Assembly (NCBI RefSeq): GCF_006345805.1
Contig: NC_043008.1
Span: forward strand, 65,348,001 to 65,412,000
DNA length: 64,000 bases
DNA from: Octopus sinensis
Taxonomy: Eukaryota
Direction: 5' to 3'
The notes under the pieces were generated by a model. It saw nothing but the letters and a program-made list of their open reading frames with translations. It did not search any database and was not told the DNA's origin. Below, in pieces: positions 1-13,499 of this stretch. A program made the position numbers and the translations under genes. The number at the start of each line of letters is the position of its first letter. Positions within the stretch are counted from its first letter, which is position 1.

Positions 1-1124
1 TAGATAGATAGATAAGTAGAAAACCTGCTACTACGATACTCTTTAGCTATATGGCGGCAAATATGCACGGATTTCTTTCTGCTTTCAGCTTTTATAAAAA
101 GAATCTTGCGGGTCTTACACAAGCCTTTACTGTATCATTATATACGTTACTGTGTTCAGTTTATGCATTTTCTTATTCGTTTATTTATTTATTTATTTAA
201 TGCTGCTTGTTTTGTTGCAGTTATGTTTAGAACAACAATAATCCTAAATTCAAATTCAGTTTTTCCAGATATTCACACTTAAATTGTCGAGAATAGATTA
301 AGCTCGTGTCTAATTCGTTTCGTATATGTGGTTTGAATTGATTTCGACATGTTCGCCAAAGTATTTTGATCGAAAGTCTCCTATGCTGGCAGTCACGTGT
401 AAAAGTCTCTTGAAAATAAATTGTGATGGGGAGGTTTGGAAAAACGTTGAGTGTCAGTTTAGAAAATTTACATTTTCAAATAACTGTAAAAACGAAATAG
501 GAAAATGCGAAAAATCTAAAATCAAATAAGTCAAACTTGAGCACAATCGCCTATTTAAGGATATATGTATAAAAGAAAAGCTGTTCTTCGATTTATACGA
601 ATATATACAACTGTGTGTGTGTGTAACCTTATTGTCATCAAATATATGTGATATGCTCAAATATTTTACAATTCAGAGAATGATAAAATATGTAAGGGTC
701 TGTACACTGAGTATCTCGTAGTCGATAGTATTGACAAATGTTTTATAAATAACACTTATTCTAAAAAAGTTTCAGCTAATTTGCACTATACAATCGCCTC
801 TTAATTATTTAGTTATAACCTTAATGAATAAAACGAGTTTCAATTTAGTGAATATAGCCAATTGCATATAATTTATTGGGGAATAAACTTGAGTTTACAA
901 GGTTTTGTACTATATCATGGCTTACTGTAATACACAAGTTATCACTTGCTTCAAACGTTGTATAGTTTACTATTGTCTATGCGTTTATTGGATCTGAAGT
1001 TGAGTTCTTCTTCCGCATAAAAGCGATATATTATTTTTCTTCTATTCATTTCGGAATGCAAATTTATGCATTTGTCAATGATCCTAACTTTACGGCAAGT
1101 TATATGAATACGAGCAAAAAATGT

Positions 1125-1448
1125 CAAACATTTAAAGCAAATTTTCTCAAAACGACTTGTCCGACCGTCCCATAGGCCTCCCCTTTGAGAAACCCTGATT
1201 TAACCTAAACTTGAGACACCAGCAAAAGAAGAAATAAAGATAGACATTTTTTTCTATTCTAGAGAAAAACGATTTCCCATGGTATATCGATCGCATTCTC
1301 ACCTGGAATCGATTGTTGTAATTTTTCAATACTTATACAAGCTCTGATACCGTCGGTATCTACATATCAAATTTGAGCGCAATCGGATCAAAGATGCCCC
1401 AGATCCTAGAAGCCACACACACAGACAGAACGGATTTTATATAAGAGA
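1125..1448 (-). mobile_element. Non-autonomous Helitron-like element, 5' part (family H1)
   Basis: The minus strand begins A|TCTCTTATATAAAATCCGTTCTGTCTGTGTG, a Helitron-type 5' TC end followed by a short microsatellite. Bases 1285-1435 match 41105-41260 in reverse complement. No 3' CTRR end is seen, so the left boundary is approximate. Confidence 0.6.
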
Positions 1449-2092
1449 TATTGTGTAGATATAATTCTTCCATGACATCGCGTTATGCTTAAGTCGGAAA
1501 ATCATATTGACATTTCCTCTTTATATGATGATCGGCATACATAAATATATATCTGTCCTTACGGGTATATACTAGATGACATATCCTGAACATTTATTCT
1601 ACAGTTATAACTATTTTAGGGCTGTTGCAGTCAATTATTTATACCATTCGTGGATATGGAAGATTTTACGCATAAGCATGAAAGGTATTTTTTGGTAATT
1701 TGTTTACAGTTCAATGGAGATACGGGCATATAATAAAAAAATCTGATAGGGCGCCTTTTCCTTAATAGGGGTCTCCGTTGGTTTACATCCTAACCTAAAT
1801 ACATATATGAAAGTAAATTCTTAATTTCAAAGTATGAGACAGTGCAAAATTTCATTATGGAGACGTAGAGGAAATAATGAAAACTATATTCGAAAAAAGG
1901 TGTGCGAATATATTAAATACATTATAACTATGCGCAAAAATTTAATTATGTACGATTACTTTAAATAAATTATAACTATGCGTATCCCCCTCAAGAAAAA
2001 GACGGCAGCAAACATCAGACTCAATAGGAAGCTTAACAAGTACTCAATGCTTAAAGCATTCTCCTCCATTCTGAACGTAATCTATTTTACTT

Positions 2093-2130
2093 AATTTAGC
2101 ATATTGCACTTCGGTGCAATATGCTAAATT
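2093..2130. other. Perfect 17-bp stem hairpin with TTCG loop
   Basis: AATTTAGCATATTGCAC-TTCG-GTGCAATATGCTAAATT; the arms are exact reverse complements. Confidence 0.95.
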
Positions 2131-2210
2131 GCAATTTATGTTGTATCTTTCTACTTTATATTGCAGTATAATAAAGTAAACACCTTTATACTTTTACATA
2201 TATATATATA

Positions 2211-2604
2211 CTATCAGTATCGCCCGGCGTTGCTCGGGTTGTAAGGGAAATAACTACATAAGCATTTTTAGAGAGTTATAGCCAAAAAATAGCAAAAACA
2301 TGCATTAAAAATTGAAAAAAATTAAGGTAAATTTTTTTTTTTAAATCGTTGACACATCGTAGATATTTTAGAGAGTTACTTCCCTTATATAAAAGCGAAA
2401 AAAATGCATTAAAATGAAAAATATGATGGTAAATTTTTTTTAATCGTAGACTCATCGTAGACGCGCGCTAATACCCAGAAGGGATCGATATGAATCACGA
2501 CTATAAGATACCCCGCTTTTGGTTACACTGCACCGCAAAATGTGGGAGTAGTTACGAATCTAAATCGTAGGAGACAGACACACAACTTCACTCTTATATA
2601 AAGA
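2211..2604 (-). mobile_element. Complete non-autonomous Helitron-like element
   Basis: Minus-strand 5' end A|TCTTTATATAAG. The 3' end has a GC-rich subterminal hairpin CCCGAGCAACGCCGGG followed by CGATACTGATAG|T. An internal ~105-bp tandem duplication lies at about 2260-2460. Confidence 0.7.
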
Positions 2605-3299
2605 TGCTTTTTTTTTCAGTCATAGAGTTAGATTTATGAAGTCTTCAGTAGAAATCCTTCGAATTCTGACTCGCTGCTTGATATAATGAAATTCGTATCC
2701 ATTTTTTGTCAAATTACAAATTTTGAAAACACAATAGGAACAAATTTCGGAAAAAAATCTCTCATAATTCACAGAATTAAAATTACACTTCGATTTTTGT
2801 ACAAAACTGTAGTTGAAGTGTTTACGAAGTATAGTACTATACGTGTTTTCACGAATGTACTAAAGAGATTTACTCTGATATTCTCATTTAAATATGAATA
2901 GGTAATTCGGCGGTTTTGTAACGAAAGGGTTAAAAACGGATGCATACATTTATTATAACTATATATAAGTGTTCGTCTGTTTATACATAAACACTGTTTC
3001 ATACTGCAATTATATTATACATATATCTATATATAATATTATATAATAAAATATATACAGAGTAAAATAAAAACCAATTTACCTTTTCTGTATTGTTATA
3101 GCAATTCCACCGTCCGGTGTGTCTTTGCAAATGTGTTGGAATGATAAGTGAGTTGTATTTTGGCGCCTTTTTTACTAATACAAAACACACGTGTTTGTAT
3201 GTAGTTGTTTGAAACGTTTGTGTTTGCCACTCTCATAATGTATGTGTATGCGTATTGTGAGAATGACACACACAACCACTCACGCACGCAACATGTACT

Positions 3300-3874
3300 C
3301 AATGCTTTCGGAGTGAAATGTTAAAATATGGAGTTTTCTCGAATTTTGTCTTAATTGGTGGTAAAAATTGAAAGAAATTTTTTATGGCATCACCCACTGG
3401 AAGTACTCTGAAAAATCATGGGTACACTCTAATTGAAGAAATTGTGTGAGGAGTAAATCGTTATGTATTTATTTGTTTCTGTTTGCGTGTTTTTTTTTTT
3501 AGTAATGGTTTAAGGTACACTTCTCTCGTTTTATCGAATTAGTTTCACTTTAATCCCTGCAAACTTGCAAAGAGAAAGTCGCAGAAATGAGTGATAGCGT
3601 GAGTGAATGAGATCGCTCCCTTTTTGTGTGTGTGTGTGTGTGTGTGCGAGTGCTGTAGCCCATATTAAGAGAAGCATTTGACTCATACACCACAATGTGA
3701 GTTTTCTGTAAATTTTGCTTAATTGGGGTTGAAATTTAAAAAACTGGACCTGGCACGACCCGATGCATTCTACTCTTAAAATGCTAGGTAAATTGTAATT
3801 GAAGAAATCCTATATTGTAGATTTCTATAACTGACAAATGGAGGCAGATAAAATCTGCCTTTTATAATAAGAGA
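3300..3874 (-). mobile_element. Helitron-like element, 5' portion with two related internal modules
   Basis: Minus-strand 5' end A|TCTCTTATTATAAAAGG resembles the ends at 1448 and 2604. Hairpin AGGCAGAT-AAA-ATCTGCCT at 3842-3860. Modules at ~3325-3460 and ~3700-3815 are similar to each other. The left boundary is uncertain. Confidence 0.5.
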
Positions 3875-3952
3875 TATATATATATATATTTGCATCTATG
3901 TATGTGTGTATGCATATGTATGCATGCATGCATATATATATATATATAATAT

Positions 3953-3982
<30 letters not shown>

Positions 3983-3984
<2 letters not shown>

Positions 3985-4088
3985 CATTATTGTTAACACA
4001 AAACGTTTCGGCTCATATACCCTCCAGCCTTCACCAGGTGCCTTGGGGAAATTTCCAACCTGGATTCTCGTTCCTAAAGTATTTTCTA
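3983..4088 (-). mobile_element. 3' fragment of the hammerhead-tail SINE (same family as 41796-42167)
   Basis: The reverse complement, AAAATACTTTAGGAACGAGAATCCAGGTTGGAAATTTCCCCAAGGCACCTGGTGAAGGCTGGAGGGTATATGAGCCGAAACGTTTTGTGTTAACA, aligns to 42030-42122. Confidence 0.85.
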
Positions 4089-4149
4089 ATACAGCCTTAG
4101 GAGAACTACAGAATTTTTGACTGAATTTCGTAGACGGAAACTGCAGCGT

Positions 4150-4301
4150 TGTTCATCAGAAAGTGCCCGAAAAATATGTTTATAAAAAGGCGTTGTTTGC
4201 TTTATATTCCCCGTGTCCAGATTCTATCCATAAGAAAGAAACAAATAACACAATATGGCTATAGGTCTTAACACCCGGGCAACGCTGCGGTGCATTGCTA
4301 G
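4150..4301 (+). mobile_element. Helitron 3' end fragment
   Basis: CCCGGGCAACGCTGCGGTGCATTGCTAG: a subterminal GC-rich motif like that at 2211-2240, ending in CTAG at 4298-4301. The left boundary is uncertain. Confidence 0.55.
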
Positions 4302-4430
4302 AATTATTTAATAACATATATAAATATACATACGCACGCACACAAACACACGCACACACACACACAAACATATATATATATTATAATATGCCTAAATGAC
4401 TATATATATAAATTTAGACTTAGAGCTTGA

Positions 4431-4465
<35 letters not shown>

Positions 4466-4671
4466 GAATAAGGCCCCCCTTATTCACGTAATCACCGAAC
4501 CTGGAAATTAACTATGGACTATCCATAGCACTTATTCAGCATTACCTGACACCTTTGGGTCTCAGTGACACTATTACCTCTCGTAACCTATATATATATA
4601 TATATTGGCGCAAATCAGTGATTACGTATAATCACGATTTAGGTTTGTTGAAATATATTTGTCACATGTTT

Positions 4672-5135
4672 CACTGAATGAACTGGGTGTTTTTATACCG
4701 TTTTACCATAAGAGAGATTTTTCCTCCACGGGAACTGCGGTGTATTTGCCTTTAGCGGTTGAAATATGACAAACATATTTCAACTAACTTGAATTGTGAT
4801 TGTACGTAAACACTGCTTTGCGCCATTACTTCGTTATTTATTCTCGATCGGGTGATCTACTAACGCAAATCAGTCAACGTGTTGGCTGAATTATATATAA
4901 AGCTACAAGCTCGTTTAGAGTTATCTCTATTAGGTGCATATCACCGACAAGAAACTCGAAACATCGATGTCTGAGATTCCCTTGAGATGGCGACACTGAA
5001 CGAACTGGGTGGTTTCACACCTTTTTACCATAAGTTTACCATAAAAGAGATTATTTTCTCCCCGATTGCTGCTGTGTATTTGCCTTTAGCAGTTGAAAGG
5101 TGTGACAAACATATTTCAACTAACCTAAATTGTGA
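4672..5135. repeat. Diverged direct repeat pair (4672-4799 and 4994-5135), probably a MITE-derived unit
   Basis: Both copies run from CACTGAA(T/C)GAACTGGGTG through GTGTATTTGCCTTTAGC to TGACAAACATATTTCAACTAAC. Confidence 0.8.
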
Positions 5136-5680
5136 AGTATATTTATATATATACGCATACATATATACACATAGGATGTGTTGTGTGGGTGGATGGGTGT
5201 GTATGAGTGCGTGCAAGTTTTATATATGCGATACCTTCGATATCCAACTTGTGAGACACGGTGCATATTCACATTCAATGTCGATTTAATAGGGGAAGTT
5301 AATGTACACCACAAATGTTTGATCAAAATGAACAATCGTCGGTGCAGGTTGTTTATCAAGAAACTCAGGACCCCACATCTGTAGTTTACGACGGGGAAAT
5401 CCAGTATTTAGCAAACTGTATCGAAGATGCATAGCATATAAAATGTTTATAAATCTATATTAAATGTGTTAGCTAAAATTTCATCCCATACTTTTATAGG
5501 AATACTTCAAAGCATGCATACATACGATATCTGGGACTATAAAAATCTGCAAAAACATTTTCAGGTTTAAAAGATGGCTGTTTAAACAAGGTACTTTCCT
5601 TCGCAACCTTATCACCAAGAAGGTGGTTGCTCAAGATTTAAGAGAATATCCACACAAACGCACGCACCCACAAACACACA

Positions 5681-5726
<46 letters not shown>

Positions 5727-5889
5727 CACACATACGCACATTAATTTCTGTGACAGGATTTTTAGCCTTAAACTGTATTATGTAATATATGTGCTTTTGC
5801 ATGCAACCAATATGTTTTGATTCCACAAGATGTCGAATGCGTATTCAGCTTTCAGTTCAACGTTTATTATAGTAGAAAATATATGTGGT

Positions 5890-6253
5890 AATGAAAGTTA
5901 TATAAGCATCCATAGATGAACATATAGATAGCTAGGCGGACAGGCAGACAAGCCGGCAAGCAAGCAGATAGGCACAGAGAAACGGACAGACGGGAGACGG
6001 TCAGATAGTCAGACATACAGGTAGGAAGGCAGAGACACAGACAAACAGATAGACAGATAGATAGAGAAATATACAGACAGCCATAAACATGGATGGATGG
6101 ATGGATGGATGCATGAATGGATGGACAGAGGATGGATGGATGGATGGATGGATGGATGGCGGTTAGCGAGAAGAATAGTATAAGTTGATTGATAGATAGT
6201 TTGAGAGAGCGATAAATGCTTAGATGCACAAATAATTATACAGACAGACACGC

Positions 6254-6302
<49 letters not shown>

Positions 6303-6391
6303 TATAGGAGATACTCGTAAATGTGTTTGCATGAATGCTTATTATATATATGTATAAGCATATTCCTAACACACGAAAATGCATATATCTG

Positions 6392-6433
<42 letters not shown>

Positions 6434-6460
6434 ATATTATAAGTATAGATAGATAGATAG

Positions 6461-6494
<34 letters not shown>

Positions 6495-6607
6495 TATGAT
6501 AGATATATGGATGGATATGATAGATAATAGATAGATAGATATAATAGATAGATAGATAGAGATAGATAGATAGATAGATAGATATAGATAATATATATGT
6601 ATATATA

Positions 6608-6647
<40 letters not shown>

Positions 6648-7245
6648 CCACACACTCTCACACATACGCATTTGTTTATTGAAATACGCAAACGCACACA
6701 CATATATGTTCACTTTTAAGTCAAGAATACACGAATATATAAGTAATTTACTTTATTATAACAAATAAATATTTCGAATATTATATATCACTCCCAGATT
6801 CTAATAATTACAACATCTAAATAGGCACACGCATGTGCCCATATAGGTAAAGACGTTTATACATGTATTATTGTATCCTAGCGATTACTCACGCTCGTGT
6901 TATGAGTGTGTGCCGATATAATTAACATTAAGTATAAATACAAGGACATTTAAATGAATAGTAATCACAACAGCAACAAGAAGAACATTTTTAAAATGTT
7001 TCTTTCCTCTTGGTTAACAATGAAACACATCTAATTGCGAAAAGAAACCACGAATATCATGTATATATCATTGTGTATGGTATACATACGTGAGCGTGAA
7101 TATATATAGACATACATATATACATATATACACACACACATACATATATAGATATGCAATATAAGTATATTTTTTTATATATACATATATATATACATAT
7201 GCATACATGAATATACATATATATATACATATACATATATATATA

Positions 7246-7281
<36 letters not shown>

Positions 7282-7384
7282 TATGCATACATATATCTAT
7301 ATGTCTACATAAATATATGTATGCATTTATACATGCACATACACACACATGTATTATGTAAATATATACATAGTTATGTTTGCA

Positions 7385-7424
<40 letters not shown>

Positions 7425-7824
7425 TTAATATATATGTAATTTCATAATTATTGAGGCACTTTCATACACTTGCAAGCACAGCCATTAAAATACATAAACG
7501 CATATGCAGACAAATTTACATAACCTTACGTATTGATAGATATCCACCCATATGAAACTAACGCATAAACAAAGATTAAGACGAAAACGAATGAATATAT
7601 ATGCACACATCTGTAGAATTAAACTGATACGTACCAAATATATACATAGATGCTGACAAAAAGTCTCACACACACACTCACATATTATATGGGCACTTGC
7701 ACACACAAAAATTTGCATATATCCATACTATGTATACAGCAGTATGTATGTATATATATATATATATATATATACATATATATAGAGAGAGAGAGAGATC
7801 GATAGATAAAAATATGTATGTATG

Positions 7825-7856
<32 letters not shown>

Positions 7857-8107
7857 CACATTTATATACATTTATATATATATATATTATTTATATATAT
7901 ATATATATACATGTATACACACACACTCATATATATATTTTTTTTTATATATGTGTATATATATGCATGTGTACATACAAATTTACCCGCAAGATAATAT
8001 AAAAATATTTTTCCGCACACCCATTACGATTAAATTGTACACATGTCAGTACAGAAATTACATTAATATTTTCACAAAACACACACAGACACACACACCA
8101 GACATAC

Positions 8108-8156
<49 letters not shown>

Positions 8157-8918
8157 TAATATATATATATATATACATGCACACATGCACATCTGTGTTG
8201 TCGTATGCCAACACTGCACATAATTATCCAGAAAAATACGTATAATACTCATAGAAACAAATAGGAAAGATCTCACGCACAAACGCAAGGGCAGAAACGC
8301 TCACACGCCCCACACACGCACTCGCATAGTTAGGCATGCCTATACGCAGACTTACACACATGCACACAAACACACATAGGTGCACACGTTTGTATTTTGT
8401 ACGTGTGTATGCGTGTTTATACTTGATTGTTATGCTTAAAAAAGGCGATGTGCAACAACACAATGACAAGAACGGCAACAACAACAACAACAACAACAAA
8501 TACAACATCCACTCCTACTACTACCACTCATGCTGCTGCATCTGCCGATGATGCCGCCGATTCTGCTCCTACTGCTGCGACTATTACTAAGAGAGAGAGA
8601 GAGAGAGAAGTCCATGTCTTATGAACAACACGTGTAACAACGGTAATGACAACAACACGAATATCAACGAGAACCTCACCTTGTTTTTAATAATGTAATA
8701 ACAGTAATTTGTTTTCACATACAGGAACACACACACACAACACATACACACACACACTCACACACATACACACACACACACACTCTCACACATACATACA
8801 TGCATGCATATATATATATATATATATTCACATATACATATATTTATATACGTGCACATATATGTAGCGTGTGTGTGTACATATATATATATGTATATAC
8901 ATATATATGCTTATACAT

Positions 8919-8951
<33 letters not shown>

Positions 8952-8964
8952 CTATATATATATA

Positions 8965-8996
<32 letters not shown>

Positions 8997-9918
8997 CATA
9001 CATATATAATATATATTACATATATATATGCACACACACAAACGTGTAAAATACACAATTATATGCCGAAATATCCGAGTTTGTCTTCGCAATGCATATA
9101 CACACGTATGTAACGCACACACATACACACACACACACATGCCTATACAGACATACACCCCCCACACACATAGAACACAGAACCCTGACGCACGTGTCCT
9201 GATGTTTGCATAGAAATATCTGTACACGTTGTTTTCTGTATCACAGCGTGCGCGATTTTGCGTGTGTAGGTATGTATGTGTTCTAGCGCAAATATGCGCG
9301 CACGCGAGTGTGTGTACGCACGAAAGACATTGCCTGACTCCCTAACCTTCTTCTTCTACAGTTTTCTGGACAAATTCCAAAAGCCCGGAACACTAAGAAA
9401 ACTAATTATTTTACCAAATATCAGATGCTACCTGGCAAAGAGGGAAAATTTCTAATTGAATTCATTTGTTAGTGCTAATGTTTTTTTGGAGTGTTTTTTC
9501 CCATGTATTGGATTCTATGTGCGGTTGTTTGTGTTTAGGCGTGGGTGTTTTGGTGTGTATATAGGTGTGTATGCATGTCTGTGTTAGTGAAAGAATCTAA
9601 TGTTTGCGGTGAAGTATACATGTGTGTGTGTATGTGTATGCTTCTGTGTGTATTTGCGTGTGTGTTTGTTCGCGTGGCTCTGTGTGTGTGTCGGGAGTTT
9701 TTTGTATGCAGGTGTACCTGAGACGGTTCATGGGTGTGTATATAATGTATATACGTATATCTCTACGTATGTATGTTTGTATTGATGTCTATGGACGATT
9801 GTTCATGGGTTTGCGTGTATATATATTTATGTCCATGCGGAGAGTTCGATGTTCATCAATATGTATGTTCACATACATATATACATAGACACACATACAA
9901 ACACACAAGTCACCTACA

Positions 9919-9988
<70 letters not shown>

Positions 9989-10013
9989 GAGAGAGAGAGA
10001 GAGATTTATACAA

Positions 10014-10050
<37 letters not shown>

Positions 10051-10488
10051 CACACACACACATATACATGTATATATATACATGTATTTTTGCCTTTCTG
10101 TAGGGATAGAGGGGTACGTGTGTGGTGTGTCTGCATGTGAGCGACTGTTCGAGAGGAGACAGAGACATTTGCTACAGTGGATGTTATATTGAGGAACAAA
10201 CTACACCATAAGAAATAGCATGGCATTACGTAAGAAGAGAGCGTCTGTATATAGCCAGTGTTTCTTCGTATGATGACGTGTTTTGAGTGGTTATGTATAT
10301 GCGTTTTTATTATGCATATTTTTTCTGTGTCACAGTGTTAATGCTTTATGTAAGCAGATGCTTGCATGGGCAAATTTGTGTGTGTCGATGGATATATGCA
10401 TGAGGTGAGTGAATATCCCTACTTTCACGTACACACGCGGGCACACATGCACGCATATATATATATATTATATATATATAATATTATA

Positions 10489-10544
<56 letters not shown>

Positions 10545-10646
10545 TATTTACATATATATATATAATATATATATATATATTTATATTTATATATATATAT
10601 TATATATATATATATATAATATATATATTTATATTTATATATATAT

Positions 10647-10699
<53 letters not shown>

Positions 10700-10700
10700 T
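5890..10700. repeat. Dense compound microsatellite zone: (GATA)n, (GGAT)n, (AT)n, (CA)n, (AAC)n
   Basis: Directly visible tandem tracts, e.g. (GATA)n 6255-6300 and 6445-6590, (AT)n 9920-9990 and 10460-10700, (AAC)n 8475-8500. Confidence 0.95.
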
Positions 10701-10710
10701 ATATATGCTA

Positions 10711-11034
10711 TTTTTTACTAGTTTCAATCATTTGACTGCAACCATACTGGGGCACTGCCTTGAATTTTTAATGAATCTACTTATTTTAGTTAAAGCCTGG
10801 TACTTATTATATCGCGGTGTATTGCCGAACCGCTAAGTTACGGTGACGCAAACACAGAAACACAGACATATATATACATATATACACGATGGCTATCTTT
10901 CAGTTTCCATCTACCAGATCCACTCACAAGGTTTTGGTTACCCTGAGGATAAAACACTTGTTCAAAATGCAATGCACTGGGACTGAACCGGGAATCATGA
11001 GGTTGGGAAGCAAGCTTCTTACCACGCTGCACCT
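10711..11034 (-). mobile_element. tRNA-derived SINE family A (diverged copy)
   Basis: Reverse complement of the family A head (GTGGTAAG...GGTTCAGTCCC) and tail (AAATGA(C/T)TGAAAC) seen at 24399, 27327 and 47912. Confidence 0.8.
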
Positions 11035-11544
11035 TGAAGATTTAGTATTAGTGTGTGTGTTGTGTAAACAAATGCCGTTGCCGGAGCAACGAATGCATTC
11101 AACTTTCTCAGCAGCATTTTTAATAGTGACGATGTTGACACTAACAGATTAAATTATTGACCTTGTATCGAAATAATGATGATATCCGCTAAGCATCTCA
11201 AGATGGCAAGTACAAGTATGTTGTGTTTGTGTATTTGTATACATTTTTTCGTGTGTGAATATTTTGTGTCTTGTATTCTGATCAGTTCGGAATTGTCTGC
11301 TGATATATAAGCTACGTCAATAGTTAGAATTGCATGTATACATGCATGCATGCAAACTACAAACATGCATAAATAAATAGAATAGCTATGACTCTACAGT
11401 AATGACAGTCCTTGTCTCTTAATGCATAATAACAGAGTGTAACTGAAAGAAACATTCAATACAGAGTTGGAAACAACTTTAATCGTGAAACGGACGTAGG
11501 AACTAACATGAGCTTCAAATTTGTTCACAGAGCCAGCAGCCTCA

Positions 11545-11721
11545 GGAGACTTAGGCAGGTTGATTACATTGACCCCATTGATCAACTGGTATTTATTTTA
11601 TCAAGTTCGTAAGGAAGAAAGGCAAAGTCGATCTCGGCGGAATTTGAACTGAAAACGTATAGATTGAATGCGGCTTTGCATTTTGCCTGGCGTGCTAACG
11701 CTTTTGCTAACTCGCCGCCTT
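11545..11721 (-). mobile_element. tRNA-derived SINE family B (Nin/Deu-like central domain)
   Basis: The reverse complement begins AAGGCGGCGAG and contains AATTCCGCCGAGATCGACTTTGCCTTTC...GATAAAATAAATACCAG, homologous to 36039 and 56600. Confidence 0.75.
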
Positions 11722-11915
11722 CGTAGACAGGTGTATAAACAACAAGCCGGTGTATTAGCTTGAAGGTGAGAAAGTCTTCCGGGTTACGAGCTTACGCTCA
11801 TTAACAGAAAGAAACACGATGAAATAAACAGGGAGAGAATATAAAAAAAAAACAACTTGTGGATATAGCGAAAATGTGCGGAAAATACCGGACTGACTTG
11901 GTGCTTCTTACAGAC

Positions 11916-11946
<31 letters not shown>

Positions 11947-12146
11947 TGTATGTATGTATGTATGTATGCGTGTATGTATGTATGTGTGTATGTATGTATG
12001 TATCTATCTATCTATATAGATGATTTCTTCTAAATGAAACAGTTCTAGTCCTGTAGAAGCTCCTTCTATAAAATAAATTAATTTACTCTGCTATGTATTG
12101 AGTACCTTATTTACTGTGGTTAACCCCGACTCAACCCGGGACCTAC

Positions 12147-12178
<32 letters not shown>

Positions 12179-12301
12179 CATTTATACACACACGCATATA
12201 TGTATTTATACATGCATACATACATACACACATATATATATAATATATATATATAATATATATAATATATATATATATATATAAATTTTATATATATGTG
12301 T

Positions 12302-12625
12302 GTGGAGGCGCAATTGCACAGTAGTTAGGGCAGCGGACTCGCGGTCGTAGGATCGCAGTTTCGATTCCCAGACCGGGCGTTGGATGTATTTATTGAGCAA
12401 AAACACTTAAAAGCTCCACTAGGCTCCGGTAGGGGAAGGCGACACCTGTTGTACTCTTTCGCCAAAACTTTCTCTCACTCTTTCTTCCTATTTCTTGAGT
12501 TACACTGCAATGGACTGGTGCCCCGTCCAGCTGGAGGGGAACACATACGCGGCAGAAATCTGGAAACCGGGCCCATGAGCCTGGCTGGGCTTGAAAAGGG
12601 TGACGTTTATCGTTATCGTTATTGT
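12302..12625 (+). mobile_element. tRNA-derived SINE family C with V-domain-like 3' part
   Basis: A/B-box-like head (CAGTAGTTAGGGCAGCG...GTTTCGATTCCC), a V-like segment TGCAATGGACTGGTGCCCCGTCCAGCTGG, and a short (TTATCG)n tail. Confidence 0.7.
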
Positions 12626-13014
12626 CTCCCATGAATTAGCAATTTACAATACAGTTAGCCTGAACAGCAGTTACATGTAAACAATACAAATGAATTTATC
12701 GGTTCCTCATACGAACAATTTTGTGATACTACGTGATTATTCAGTGTGAAATAAAAGAACAAGCAGAAATATCATGGTTTAACTATGGCATGTATTTTTA
12801 TGCTTCAAGCACAAAACCAAAGAAAAATGAAACAGTCATACATCCTGCATATCACAACCTACTGATATGGGGTGGCCCAAAAGACAGGCACAAAATATAC
12901 CCCCCATGCGCTCTGGAACTGTCAAAACAAACCTTGAATTTCTCTAAAATTGCATAAAGTAAATCTTAAAAATGACGATTACTTACGTACTTGTACATGA
13001 TGAGGTAAATATAA

Positions 13015-13338
13015 AGACCCCTCCCCCCTTTGGTCATGAATTACCTAGAAAGTTCCCCTCCTAGGCAAAAGTCCGGTCAAGGTTGTTTATGTAAGACCAG
13101 CAGACGCCCATGCATACCATCCTGCCCTTTCCACGTCAATGGTGTTATTCAAGGGAAAGGCAAAGGCTAACACAGCTTGGCACCAGTGATGTCGCAACTC
13201 ATTTCTACAGATTGCGAACTGGGGTAACGTGAAATAGTGTCTTGCTGAAGAACATAAGCCACAGCCAGTCCGGGAATCGAACTCATTACCTCACGAATTT
13301 GAGCCCGACGCTCTAACCACCGAACAGTACGCCTTCAC
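13015..13338 (-). mobile_element. tRNA-derived SINE family D (Meta-like domain)
   Basis: Minus-strand head GTGAAGGCGTACTGTTCGGTGGTTAGAGCGTCGGGCTC...GAGTTCGATTCCCGG followed by TTCTTCAGCAAGACACTATTTCACG. Confidence 0.7.
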
Positions 13339-13499
13339 ATGATGAACAGAAGGAATAATATGAATAACAACGAAATATTTAATAATTATAGGAATTTTGA
13401 TGCCTGGCTTTTGGCCCACCACGCATAAACGCTGTTTAAAATGTTAATTTGATCTTTATCTCTATATACATACAAGGTCGAGTCTTCGGATTCGGTGAC

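Noticed and set aside
5600-10840. Dozens of ORFs of 60-150 aa rich in IY/YI, HT, CV and SIYL
   Set aside because: They are translations of (AT)n, (CA)n and (GATA)n tracts, which lack stop codons in some frames.
12302-12380. tRNA genes at SINE heads (also 20155, 36272, 41796)
   Set aside because: They have A/B boxes but no complete cloverleaf or acceptor stem, and they continue into SINE bodies.
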